Shown here piece by piece: positions 7,383 to 16,829 of a stretch of 35,708 nt of DNA (positions are counted from its first letter, which is position 1; each line of letters starts with the position of its first letter). Location of the stretch: the IMG/VR virus record IMGVR_UViG_3300020042_004433, positions 1-35,708 of that record; one strand, 5' to 3'. The notes below the pieces were generated by a model that made no database searches, had not been told where the DNA came from, and saw nothing but the letters and a program-made list of their open reading frames with translations. A program made the position numbers and the translations under genes. Origin of the DNA: a virus. Lineage: Duplodnaviria; Caudoviricetes.

Positions 7383-8530
7383 TAACTTGCCCCTATCAAG
7401 ACTTGCTCTCCAGTTGCAACGACTCTAACAGTTCTAGCGTTAGCCGACATAGTGCCTTGTGGGGTCAAGGGTATGTCAATAGAATCAATGATAACCAATC
7501 TGTCCACTTTACTACCATTAGATTTAACATAAACAACATCTTGGGCATCTAAGGTTGGGTCTACTAAGGACTCCCAGTTTATTACTTCTTGGCTCCCAAC
7601 ATAGATATTCAATAGACTAAGTGCTGCCCTAACCGCTTCGGTTTCAGTTGCAACTAAACTGGTTTCTATAAATACTGGCACTTCGCCAAATATTCCGAAT
7701 CTATAAGTTGGGCTAGCAGGGTCTTCGTCCCAAACTTCAACTCTTATTGGGGTTACTACTTCTGTTCCTTCTATTGTATAAATAACTCCATTATAGGTAG
7801 ATTTAGTTGAGATAGTTCTATTAAGGGAAGTTACCGTAGTGCCACTTCCTTCAATAAAAGTAGCGACTACTATTGAGCCATCTAGGGTTGGAAACTGATT
7901 CATTCTAACTACGCCATTTTGGTCAAAATATAAATCAAATCCAACAAGTTCTGCTATCTCTACTGAGTCTTTCCATGGGTCATTATCCTGTTCAGTTCCA
8001 AGGACTATATTAGTTATACTCACATTGGTAGTAGGAAAGGCAGTCTCAACATCAGGGTATCTATTTTTTAACAGAGCAGTTAAAGAACTCTCTAGGCTTC
8101 CTGCCACCATTTGATAAGGCTCAGTAAACTTCGCTCTTGATACTCGGATAGACCTATCTTCACCTTTTAACTGTATCTTTACACCATCATTTGTATCGCT
8201 GATTGCTACTTCAATTATTACAAATACCCCAAGAGGAACATACTCTTCAGTTCCGTCATAGTATTGAACGCCTCTATAAAGTCTTAGTTCATTACCAAAT
8301 GGAGTCAGTAAATCAAAGTCGCTATCAGGCACTAGGTTGGTTGTTTCTCTATCGGTAATGAGAGTGATATCGCAAGTCCTTCTAACTGCAGAGCGAGCAT
8401 CTACTTGTACTGTGCCTTCAGATATATTTATTTCCTGTAACTTTTGGTCACTTGCCCAAACCTCTGCTTTTGATATAACAACATGGTCAGTAAGGATTGC
8501 CGTTTTCAAGGCAGCACTTGACGAATACAT
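7382..8530 (-). CDS. minor tail protein / tail hub (DUF5047-like)
   Basis: VRRTCDIT...PFGNELRLYRG...VPLGVF...DRS motif; second gene after the tape measure. Confidence 0.75.
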   Translation of the reverse strand: MYSSSAALKTAILTDHVVISKAEVWASDQKLQEINISEGTVQVDARSAVRRTCDITLITDRETTNLVPDSDFDLLTPFGNELRLYRGVQYYDGTEEYVPLGVFVIIEVAISDTNDGVKIQLKGEDRSIRVSRAKFTEPYQMVAGSLESSLTALLKNRYPDVETAFPTTNVSITNIVLGTEQDNDPWKDSVEIAELVGFDLYFDQNGVVRMNQFPTLDGSIVVATFIEGSGTTVTSLNRTISTKSTYNGVIYTIEGTEVVTPIRVEVWDEDPASPTYRFGIFGEVPVFIETSLVATETEAVRAALSLLNIYVGSQEVINWESLVDPTLDAQDVVYVKSNGSKVDRLVIIDSIDIPLTPQGTMSANARTVRVVATGEQVLIGAS

Positions 8531-10050
8531 TATTCATCTACCTCAACATAAGCCAATTCTATATTTCGGTGAATCGTTGCATCTTGCATGCTTTCAGCAG
8601 TAAAAGTTCTTGCTGTAATACGAATATACTTTTGATTTTCTAATGGGTCTTGTACAAGAATAGTTCCTTGATAATTTAACATTGGATAGAAGTCGTCCCA
8701 CTCTGCTTCGGTAATTGTCTTAATAGAATAAATACCGTCTTCACCCTGTAATGGTCCCGCAACAACAATAGGTCGAGTTGCCCCTAATGGGCGAAATATT
8801 GTATTTGGCTCTTCAATATTTGTATCAAGTTGAGCGAGCACTCTTACTGAGCCAAGGTTGATATCAGGGTCACCTATCGCTTTGAACCACCATGTTTCAT
8901 CATTGGTGACTAATACTTGTTGAACTGTGCCATAGGCTGACGGAAACTCATTACTACTTGCGTCAACCCCAACTGCTCTTGTTCGATAATAAACAACTAT
9001 GCCTCTTGGGGCTTCATAATCTTCAGTAGTTCCAATAAAACTCGCATTGGGAGTTATGTCTTCACCTTCTCGAATTACTGAATAGGTAACGCCAGCATCA
9101 TTAGACCTTTCTACCTCAAAGTATTGACTTGATAAACCTACGGTAACTGTTTGTCCAGTTACGGTAAGGGTTGCCTTACCTAGACCACTACTCCAAGAAG
9201 CAACTAAAGTTGGAACGCTTGGAATAGTATTATTGAGAACAAATCCACTGAAAGCATAATCTGAGAAAAATGGCGCACCATTAACTGACTTGGCTACTCG
9301 AACATACGCCCTATAAGTACCATTCAATAATAAGTCACCGACTACTGCGGTTTGATCAGAACTTGCTATTTGACCAGAATCATAAGTTGCAGTTGAAGTA
9401 AGAGCACTAAATCCACCAGCACCATATTGGGCAGCAGTAAAAACTTTTATTTGATAGTAAGCCTGTGTTTCATTATCTGTATCAGCGTATGCCCAAGTTA
9501 CATCAGGGGCTGCTGAAGTGGTAATGGTTCCTGTTGGGGCAGAAACAGTTACGGTTGGTTTTGCTGATATATCAACATCTATGTAAAGTTCAAAAATACT
9601 TCCTAATACACCAGTATCGTTGTATTCAGTTACCTTAGCCCTTAGTCCATCTATGGTTGTTTGAGACCAATCCTCACCATTTGGAGCAGAGGTTTGAAAA
9701 GGTCCTGTAAATGTTGTTGTTGAGTTTAATCCCCTAATAGCAAGAGCAGAGTGAAAGTAATTTTGATTATCGGCTCTACTACCAAGATAAACATTTATTC
9801 TACCTGCAGCAGTTGGAGTTAAAACCCTTGCCCTTATTCTTACTCTTTTAACTCTTTGACTTGCAGTGATAGTTGTAGTTCCAAAATCAAGTAAGGCACT
9901 CGCTTGTCCGACTATGGAAGTGGACTTTGAGAAAAATGTAGTATCGCTATCATCACTTGTTGCGGCGTTTAAGGTAGGAGAGCCACCTGAAATAGTAAAC
10001 AGGGTAGAACCTGAAGCAGTGGCGTTAGGGCGAACTACAGTAATTGCCAT
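8530..10050 (-). CDS. minor tail protein (distal-tail-like, with FN3/Ig-like domains)
   Basis: Directly after the tape measure; beta-rich; DYEAPRG..VYYRTRA motif. Confidence 0.7.
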   Translation of the reverse strand: MAITVVRPNATASGSTLFTISGGSPTLNAATSDDSDTTFFSKSTSIVGQASALLDFGTTTITASQRVKRVRIRARVLTPTAAGRINVYLGSRADNQNYFHSALAIRGLNSTTTFTGPFQTSAPNGEDWSQTTIDGLRAKVTEYNDTGVLGSIFELYIDVDISAKPTVTVSAPTGTITTSAAPDVTWAYADTDNETQAYYQIKVFTAAQYGAGGFSALTSTATYDSGQIASSDQTAVVGDLLLNGTYRAYVRVAKSVNGAPFFSDYAFSGFVLNNTIPSVPTLVASWSSGLGKATLTVTGQTVTVGLSSQYFEVERSNDAGVTYSVIREGEDITPNASFIGTTEDYEAPRGIVVYYRTRAVGVDASSNEFPSAYGTVQQVLVTNDETWWFKAIGDPDINLGSVRVLAQLDTNIEEPNTIFRPLGATRPIVVAGPLQGEDGIYSIKTITEAEWDDFYPMLNYQGTILVQDPLENQKYIRITARTFTAESMQDATIHRNIELAYVEVDE

Positions 10051-10052
10051 GA

Positions 10053-13000
10053 TTAACGACTTCTATAATTGACTTGGTTACCTATTGCGGTAGCAATAGT
10101 GGTTGCAGTAACTGTTGGAGTATATTTATTAGTCGTTATATTTACTGTGACTGGTGGTCTTGCGTTCATAACGGGAGAACCATAAGTGTTAAGTGATTGA
10201 GTCGCTGCAAATGCTGTTCTTTGGGCAGGAGTTCCGATATTGGGTGGTGGAGTTGGCTTAGCAAATGATAAAGGATTGTATTTATTCGGACCTGTGAATT
10301 CTGGTACGCTTACAATCTTAGAAGTTTTCTCTGTTGAGTTTGAAGCCTTTTGAACGGACTCTATCAATTTTTCAAGGTCTTTGTTCATTTGTTTTATTTC
10401 TTCGAGTGCTGGGCTTACTGATGGTCCTGCTGATGAACCTGCCATGGCAGCAGCAATATCATCAGCGATACTTTTAGCCGTTGCAACCATAAGTGCTCGT
10501 TTAGCCTCTAATGCCGCAATTAACTTCATAGCCATATCAGTTCCTACATTTCCACCGAAGTCTCCTAGTGGTTTCAAAACCGCTTCAATATCGTTTTTAA
10601 TAGCAGTCATTTGTGCATTTATGCTATCTACTTCTGCTTTTGAACCAGCGACAAATGCTTGGGCTATTGCTACGGCGTTGCCGTAAAATACATTACCCAT
10701 ATCTGTACCAAACTTAGTTGCTTGGGTATTGATTTGAGTATAAAGACTATTGATTTGTTTTATTTGATCAGCACTTGCAGTCGTTAATAATTGAGCAGTT
10801 TCGCTCGCTGCTTCTGGTCCTGCCTCAAGTAGTTGTTGTATGTAGTCTTTACTCAACCCTGCTGCTAATAATTTCTCAATATTCTTACCGAAACCTACTA
10901 CTTGGGTTAATCTATCTGTAAGTTGCTTAACTATTGAATCAATACCTGTGGTGGCTTTTCTAACCTGACTAATAACTAAACCACTGCCTGTCTTAGTTAC
11001 TCTTAAAATAGCATTAGTATCAGTATCGGATAGGTTAATTAAGGCTCGAGCGAAGTCTTTAATACCCTTGCTTAAATCCTTTTGGAAAGTTGCTTGCTCT
11101 TTTAGGATATCGTTCAATTCGTCCGTGGTCTTCTTAAATTCTTCAACGGCAAGTTCTCGTTTACCTGCTAGTGCGATTAACTGTTTTGTTTGCGTATCTA
11201 AGAATTGAATTATTTCGCTCTTACCTCTTTGATTGATACCTTTGAATCTTTCTTCAACTGCCTCGGCTAAGTCTTTATACATATTTAGAATAGAATCAAC
11301 TGTTGCGTCAGCATGGCTTAAGGATTTAGTAATCTCGCTTGGTGTGCCGAAAGGAGCACTTAATAGTTCTTTGAACTTAGCCATTGCCCCTTCTCTTGAT
11401 TTGAGGGCATCTTCGTATACTTTTTTGGCGGCGGCTAATTCTTCTTTAGTTTTGGCTGCTGGCTTAGTCGACGTACCTAGTTTCGATAAATCTAGTTCGC
11501 CTTCTACGGTTCCAATTTTAGGTCCTTTTACTTTTTTCTTACCTAATGCGTCTAGATTGTCAGAAAACCCCTCAACTGCTTTAGCGGCACCGTCAAAGAA
11601 ATTACCAATTCCATCTGTCATATCCTTCAAGCCTTCGTAGGCTTTCTTTGCTTCTGGATTTATGAAAGATAGTAACTTGAATAATGCCTTGGCTGGCCCA
11701 GTAATTAAGTTTGCTAAACCTTCTGCGAAAACCCCAAATGCTCTAATTAAGAATCCAGCAACCTTCAATCCTACTTTGCCTACTTCAATCATTATTTTTC
11801 TAAAAGCCTCAGACCTATTCCATAACAACATAAAACCTGCAACTAAAAGAGCAACAGCGGCAACGACAAGACCTATTGGGTTCATGCTCATAGCAACGTT
11901 TAACATAAGTTGCGCTTTAGTTAAAGCCTTAGTCGCTTTAGCCTGTGCGCCTTGAATAGCAAGCATTACAGCACTGTAAATATTGTAAAGTTTGACTTGA
12001 ACTAAATAAGCAGCGACCGCAATTCCAAGTGCTATAACTGCCCCATATAGGACTTGAAATAAAGCAGCGTTACGTTGAATAAATCCGCCTATTACGCCTA
12101 GAGTTTTAATAAATAAAATTACCGCCCCTATTGCTAATTTTATGGCTGGAACTATTAGTCCAGTAAATACTGGCGCAAATACTGTAGCAATTGCTTTAAC
12201 GAAAGTAACTATATTTGTAACTAAGCCTCGTATGAAGCCTATAAAACTCGTTATAGCCGTTCCGTCAGCAAATTGCGCCTGTATATTTTTAAGTATTGGA
12301 CCAAGAGTACTACTTAGAGCCATTGAAACTTCTCCAATAACAGGCTGTAAAGCATTGCCAAGAGCCTTTTTAGTATCCTCAACACTTTTAGCGAAATCTC
12401 TTTGAGCCCTTTGTGCTGGGGTCAAAGCCTTAGCAGCGAAATCTCTATAAGTGGAATTCAAAACTGTAACAATTGCTGCTGCTCGCTCACTTTCAGTTCC
12501 AGACTTAATCATTTTTTTAGTCTGAGCGTCTAATACGAAACCTGTTTTAGTTAAAGAAGCAAACTGTCCATTAAGCGCTTGAGCCAGTCCGTTAGTCATG
12601 CTTCTAAATTCATCAGCGCTTGCGCCAGCGCCTTTTTCAGCAACTACATAATCCAATATTGCTGGAGTTAATGTAGCGATTGTTCCGCCATGTAAATCGA
12701 AAGTTGCTAACTGGGATTGGACTGTGGTTATATTTTGTTGCGATATACCAGTTAAAGCCTCTAAAGCCGCTGAATGTCGGTTTAGTATTCCTATTCCTTC
12801 TTCAGTTGCGCCGTTCGTATTTAATAATAATCGTCTTAATCTATTTTGTGCGGCGCCTGACTGTTGGGCTGCTTGAACTGAATCTCGGCCAAGTTTAACA
12901 GCAAATAAACCAGCAGCAGTTGCGGCGGCGAAAAACCCCAATCTTAATTTATTAGTCAGCACTCCTGAAGTTTTATTCGCGGCTAAATTAACTGATTCGG

Positions 13001-13082
13001 TAGACTTAGCGGCTTTCTCCATAGCCGAAGTAAACTGCGAAGTGTCGGCTTTTAGTCGAGCGAGTACATCAACGACTGACAT
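10053..13082 (-). CDS. tail tape measure protein
   Basis: 1009 aa, Ala-rich helical; NPIGLVVAAVALLVAGF..LWNRSEAFR motif; follows the tail chaperones. Confidence 0.92.
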   Translation of the reverse strand: MSVVDVLARLKADTSQFTSAMEKAAKSTESVNLAANKTSGVLTNKLRLGFFAAATAAGLFAVKLGRDSVQAAQQSGAAQNRLRRLLLNTNGATEEGIGILNRHSAALEALTGISQQNITTVQSQLATFDLHGGTIATLTPAILDYVVAEKGAGASADEFRSMTNGLAQALNGQFASLTKTGFVLDAQTKKMIKSGTESERAAAIVTVLNSTYRDFAAKALTPAQRAQRDFAKSVEDTKKALGNALQPVIGEVSMALSSTLGPILKNIQAQFADGTAITSFIGFIRGLVTNIVTFVKAIATVFAPVFTGLIVPAIKLAIGAVILFIKTLGVIGGFIQRNAALFQVLYGAVIALGIAVAAYLVQVKLYNIYSAVMLAIQGAQAKATKALTKAQLMLNVAMSMNPIGLVVAAVALLVAGFMLLWNRSEAFRKIMIEVGKVGLKVAGFLIRAFGVFAEGLANLITGPAKALFKLLSFINPEAKKAYEGLKDMTDGIGNFFDGAAKAVEGFSDNLDALGKKKVKGPKIGTVEGELDLSKLGTSTKPAAKTKEELAAAKKVYEDALKSREGAMAKFKELLSAPFGTPSEITKSLSHADATVDSILNMYKDLAEAVEERFKGINQRGKSEIIQFLDTQTKQLIALAGKRELAVEEFKKTTDELNDILKEQATFQKDLSKGIKDFARALINLSDTDTNAILRVTKTGSGLVISQVRKATTGIDSIVKQLTDRLTQVVGFGKNIEKLLAAGLSKDYIQQLLEAGPEAASETAQLLTTASADQIKQINSLYTQINTQATKFGTDMGNVFYGNAVAIAQAFVAGSKAEVDSINAQMTAIKNDIEAVLKPLGDFGGNVGTDMAMKLIAALEAKRALMVATAKSIADDIAAAMAGSSAGPSVSPALEEIKQMNKDLEKLIESVQKASNSTEKTSKIVSVPEFTGPNKYNPLSFAKPTPPPNIGTPAQRTAFAATQSLNTYGSPVMNARPPVTVNITTNKYTPTVTATTIATAIGNQVNYRSR

Positions 13083-13088
13083 TTACTT

Positions 13089-13283
13089 TCACTTCCTTCT
13101 TCTAGCCTCTTGTTCCTGTTCCCATATCCGCAATCGCTCAAGTGCTTCCCACTCTGATAACTCAATAGCAGAGATGGGTTGGAAGTTTGGACTGCCGTAT
13201 AAAAGTTCTTCGACAGTCCTACCCAAGCGTTCGGCTAATTCGAAGACGAATCTTCTATAGCCGTTGCGGAGGAATCTTTTCCC
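13089..13283 (-). CDS. tail assembly chaperone GT extension (-1 frame)
   Basis: The -1 frame from GGGAAAA reads GKRFLRNGYRRFVFELAERLGRTVEELL...ELSEW...RRRK* and ends just before the tape measure start. Confidence 0.8.
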   Translation of the reverse strand, partial: GKRFLRNGYRRFVFELAERLGRTVEELLYGSPNFQPISAIELSEWEALERLRIWEQEQEARRRK

Positions 13284-13618
13284 ACTTCATCGGCACTTTC
13301 CTGCGTGAATCCCGATAACCTCATACCAACTGCTGCTAAGCGATCTAACGCTGTTGCTGCTTTGGCAAGCAAGGCTCCTCGGTCTGCTGGCTTAAATATC
13401 TGTTCGCCTGATACTGAATCAAATGAAGTAGCAATTACAATTTCGGGATAAACAAACTGGAGATTAACTCCACCTTTATTGTCTATTGCTAAATCCATAA
13501 TACGGGTGCGCTCGGCACCAGTCATACCACGAACTTCTACTTTAACACTCCACTCTGGAACTTCTACCATCTCTGATGGAATATCCTGAGCAGATAAGAT
13601 TTGGTCTCTAATGGACAC
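13235..13618 (-). CDS. tail assembly chaperone (gpG-like)
   Basis: VEVPEWSVKVEVRGMTGAER motif; lies between tail tube and tape measure. Confidence 0.85.
   Translation of the reverse strand: MSIRDQILSAQDIPSEMVEVPEWSVKVEVRGMTGAERTRIMDLAIDNKGGVNLQFVYPEIVIATSFDSVSGEQIFKPADRGALLAKAATALDRLAAVGMRLSGFTQESADEVGKDSSATAIEDSSSN
13277..13283 (-). other. programmed -1 frameshift slippery site G GGA AAA
   Basis: X XXY YYZ heptamer in frame near the end of the chaperone gene. Confidence 0.8.
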
Positions 13619-13631
13619 GATTTCTCCTTTT

Positions 13632-13649
13632 GGTCTCGTTGGACTCGGT
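13632..13649 (-). repeat. 18-nt motif ACCGAGTCCAACGAGACC upstream of the chaperone RBS
   Basis: 17/18 identical to 15156-15173. Confidence 0.75.
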
Positions 13650-13678
13650 TATTGGGATTCTATTGCTTTTAATTATTA

Positions 13679-14092
13679 TTAGTAAGCACCGCGGGTGACG
13701 GCACCTGTAATTTGGAACTCTGCTGAATAGGAAACAATATCGCCTACTCCTGCTGAGGATTCGTATGAAGTCAAGAAAGCCTCGCCTGTGTACTTTGTAA
13801 AAGTAGCAGTTGAACCTTCGGGACCATACTCAAATGATACTGAATCAGTCTTTCCTACGATAGCAGCCAAGTGCGTATCTACTGTTGCGTCAAATGAACC
13901 TTCAACGCTGATAGTTGCACCTGTGAAGCCAATTACGTAAGAACGATCAGAGGAACCAAATGAGGTTGTCTCTAAAGTTTCTGCTTCCCGAGGGAAAGAA
14001 ACTGAGTTAAGTGTATTACTGATATCGGTAAGTGTGCCAGCGTTATTATCTACTTTGAATACCGCTGACTTACCATGTCTGAATGTTGGCAT
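13679..14092 (-). CDS. major tail (tube) protein
   Basis: 137 aa; ETTSFGS...YV.G...ISVEG.FD...YGPEG...YSAEFQITG; upstream of the chaperones. Confidence 0.85.
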   Translation of the reverse strand: MPTFRHGKSAVFKVDNNAGTLTDISNTLNSVSFPREAETLETTSFGSSDRSYVIGFTGATISVEGSFDATVDTHLAAIVGKTDSVSFEYGPEGSTATFTKYTGEAFLTSYESSAGVGDIVSYSAEFQITGAVTRGAY

Positions 14093-14096
14093 ATTA

Positions 14097-14825
14097 TTAT
14101 CTCCTTGAAAATGCGACGCTACGGGTTATAGCACCTGTGCCTGTTGCGATTGTGGTTCTTGTCCTCAAGTAACGATTTACCGTCGTTCCTGAAGCAACTT
14201 CATATCTTTCTGAATCTAGTCCAGCAATTGCTACTGTTCCAAATACAGCCAAATCAGCAAAGGTTGTATTGTCTGCTGAATGTTGTACCGCGATTACAGT
14301 AGTTGCCGTTCTAGCGTTTGCAGTTACATGCAAGTGCGCCACTCCACCATTAGTAGATGAAGCAGTATTATCAACACCAGTAGTGTTGGTTGTGGCAGAT
14401 ACGGCAGTCTGGCAAATTAACCAAACCCCCGAATCTAATCCTCCATTTGCTATTGCCTCTGCTGATACAGAAACAACATCAGTTAAAGGACTACTAATCT
14501 CATACGAGGTTGAGGACGCTGCTGCAAGAATGGCTCTTCCACCGATACTGGTGCTGTCGTTAGATATTGTTACTACTTTAGGAGTATTACTTCCTAGGGC
14601 AGCAGAAAATATTGAGTCCGCACTGCTAGCGGTTCCATCAAATAATCCTCCGAAAGATATTGAGCCTTCATTATGGCCAACAATATAAGAGCGGTCAGAT
14701 GAGCCAAAAGTTGTAGTTTCAGGGACATCAACTGAATAGGCGGCGGTCGCGCTATTTAAGTAAGTAGTTAGGTCGAAATCATCACTTAATACGGTGGTAT
14801 TTTTACCATGGCGGAATGTAGGCAT
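14097..14825 (-). CDS. tail-tube paralogue with an extra C-terminal beta domain
   Basis: Shares MPTFRHGK and ETTxFGSSDRSY with the 13679-14092 product. Confidence 0.7.
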   Translation of the reverse strand: MPTFRHGKNTTVLSDDFDLTTYLNSATAAYSVDVPETTTFGSSDRSYIVGHNEGSISFGGLFDGTASSADSIFSAALGSNTPKVVTISNDSTSIGGRAILAAASSTSYEISSPLTDVVSVSAEAIANGGLDSGVWLICQTAVSATTNTTGVDNTASSTNGGVAHLHVTANARTATTVIAVQHSADNTTFADLAVFGTVAIAGLDSERYEVASGTTVNRYLRTRTTIATGTGAITRSVAFSRR

Positions 14826-15091
14826 TATTTACTCTCTTCGACTGGGCGTTGGAATTCTGTTCCATCTTGAACAAATCCATCTTTATCGCCATCTATTGCT
14901 TCTGGGTCAAAAGTAACTTTGGGTTCAATTATGGGTTCAATGATTTTCGTCTTACCATCAGAGAGTTCAATTAAACCTTGGTCTAATAACCACTTGGCTG
15001 ATTTCTCTGGAATATCTGAAACAATAGTTCCCGACTCTGCTCGCTTATCGGGTGGATAATCTATACCTGTTAAGACTCGGTATTGTGTCAT
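14825..15091 (-). CDS. small virion-associated hypothetical protein
   Basis: YRVLTGIDY...G..V.D.P....WLL.QG.IE domain plus a C-terminal DGDKDGFVQDGT..QRP motif; GAGGAG SD. Confidence 0.7.
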   Translation of the reverse strand: MTQYRVLTGIDYPPDKRAESGTIVSDIPEKSAKWLLDQGLIELSDGKTKIIEPIIEPKVTFDPEAIDGDKDGFVQDGTEFQRPVEESK

Positions 15092-15155
15092 TAAGTTTCT
15101 CCTCTGGGCAACACAGACCCAACTACCTTGGGCCTAATGGCTCTGCATGTAGTGG

Positions 15156-15173
15156 GGTCTCTTTGGACTCGGT
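15156..15173 (-). repeat. 18-nt motif ACCGAGTCCAAAGAGACC in the leader of the tail operon
   Basis: Copy of 13632-13649; lies just downstream of a TGc-TAATCT -10-like element (15186-15181). Confidence 0.75.
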
Positions 15174-15216
15174 AAGCAAAGATTAGCACTAATTTACTTA
15201 ATAAAGTGGCTACGCC

Positions 15217-16422
15217 TTACTTTAGTATTGCTATATCTGTAACTCTTATTTCAGGATACATACAAAAAGTTAAAACTCCTGACTCAGATTTTTCGCCTGT
15301 TATCTCTCTCCACCAATCGCTTCCGCCATCCATAGCAGGGGCCTGCAGCCACATACACCCGCCCCAGTCAGCGGCTCTAAAGTGGTGAAAATGCCCTGAA
15401 ACTAATACGTCGGCTCCACCAACATTTTGGCGACCTAATGATTGTCCTTCTAGCCATCTTCTTAACTTTTGTTCGCTACCTTGCCCGCCCCGCCTAGCGG
15501 CATGACCATGAGTGATTCCTAAAACCCAGCCCGCGACCTCTGCTGTGATACTTAATCTGTCCTTTGGGATAGCAAACTGAATATGACCAAAAGCCTCTGG
15601 ATTAGTTTCAAGGATTTCTGCTACTTGCTCAACTATTGCTACATCGTCATTATCGTTTAAGGTCGTGTAAGACTTGCCTGAACTATTACGATTCTCGCCA
15701 TGGTTGCCCGCGACTGCCATAACTTGGACCTCTACAAAGTATTTACTCCACCGTATTAAAGCGTCTCTTAATAAACGCCTTGCTACTTTAACTTGATCTC
15801 GTCGGTCTAACTCAACGCTAAAAGTCTGTTGAGCGTAATGGCCTACGCAACCTTCTATTGAATCTCCAGTCCATAAAACTACTAACTTACCTATTGGCCT
15901 TTTTAATTTTTCTAACTCTTTTATACGGATTTCTACTTTATCTATTCCGTTAAGGATACGCTCGATAGTTCCTTTTAATCCATCTCCATCTGCCTTGCCG
16001 ATTTGCCAGTCTGATAAGACGACTACGAAAGCACCTTCACCAATGAAATTAGTTTTTAACTTAGGTTTATATTTTTTAATTTCGTTTTCTAATTCATTAA
16101 ACTCTTCTTTGCTACCGCTATCTTTAACTTGAACGACTTTACCTTTCCATTGACGGTTCAATGCGCCATCAGGATTACCCCATACGTTAAATAAAACTGG
16201 CTCAATTACTCGGAAGTTTTCAGGGTCTAATCCCCAAATGCGTAGTATCGCGTCCCAGTTGGGCGCTTCTTCTAAAGGTAAAGCATTAGTGGTAATCGTT
16301 CCTTCGTTACCATTCCAAATAACTCCTGCTTGCCACTCCGCACCAATTTTATTTAATTTTGGTTCGCTTGTTGGGTTAGTTGTTGTACTTAAAAGTTTAT
16401 CTATCTCATCGTCTAGGTTCAT
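15217..16422 (-). CDS. calcineurin-like metallophosphoesterase / MRE11-like nuclease
   Basis: SDWQIG, GDSIEG, GNHGE, HGH and GHFHH motifs; likely start MNLDD at 16422 (ATGA overlap). Confidence 0.85.
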   Translation of the reverse strand: MNLDDEIDKLLSTTTNPTSEPKLNKIGAEWQAGVIWNGNEGTITTNALPLEEAPNWDAILRIWGLDPENFRVIEPVLFNVWGNPDGALNRQWKGKVVQVKDSGSKEEFNELENEIKKYKPKLKTNFIGEGAFVVVLSDWQIGKADGDGLKGTIERILNGIDKVEIRIKELEKLKRPIGKLVVLWTGDSIEGCVGHYAQQTFSVELDRRDQVKVARRLLRDALIRWSKYFVEVQVMAVAGNHGENRNSSGKSYTTLNDNDDVAIVEQVAEILETNPEAFGHIQFAIPKDRLSITAEVAGWVLGITHGHAARRGGQGSEQKLRRWLEGQSLGRQNVGGADVLVSGHFHHFRAADWGGCMWLQAPAMDGGSDWWREITGEKSESGVLTFCMYPEIRVTDIAILK

Positions 16423-16778
16423 AGACAAGAGCAACCTCCGCCTTTCGCCCTTCTGCGATGACGGCGCATAACTTCAGCGCTCACTCCAAAATCAAATTCT
16501 TTTAGTAATTTCACTAGGTCTAAAGAAAGAACTGCCGAGTTGGCCATTAACGATATGAATTTACTTTTAGTTGGTTCTTCTAAACTTTCGATAACTCTTT
16601 TAACGGAGCAGACCATACCGTTAGATTTTTTAGTAGGCGTAAAATTATCTAACGCTTTATCAAAATTAAGCGACTTGTTGGTTAATTGCTTTGCATCTTC
16701 CGCAGTTGAGTTTCCACGGTCTAGAGAGGAACTCAGCAAGGATTCTGTTACAGCGCCAGCATCTTGGATATTCGTCAC
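16419..16778 (-). CDS. hypothetical protein with C...RRHRRR...CSC motif, GTG start
   Basis: GAGGGG SD 6 nt before GTG 16778; overlaps the Com-like gene by 113 nt. Confidence 0.6.
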   Translation of the reverse strand: MTNIQDAGAVTESLLSSSLDRGNSTAEDAKQLTNKSLNFDKALDNFTPTKKSNGMVCSVKRVIESLEEPTKSKFISLMANSAVLSLDLVKLLKEFDFGVSAEVMRRHRRRAKGGGCSCL

Positions 16779-16827
16779 GGTTTTCCCCTCGGGCGTAAGG
16801 GTCTCGTTTACCCTCTTGCTCGGCCAA
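16666..16827 (-). CDS. Mu Com-like zinc-finger translational regulator
   Basis: RCWRCNRILAE.......NCGRCKAIN matches the Com pattern RCxxCNxLLA...CxRCKxxN; likely TTG start just after the upstream stop. Confidence 0.65.
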   Translation of the reverse strand: MAEQEGKRDPYARGENRDEYPRCWRCNRILAEFLSRPWKLNCGRCKAINQQVA

Positions 16828-16829
16828 GT

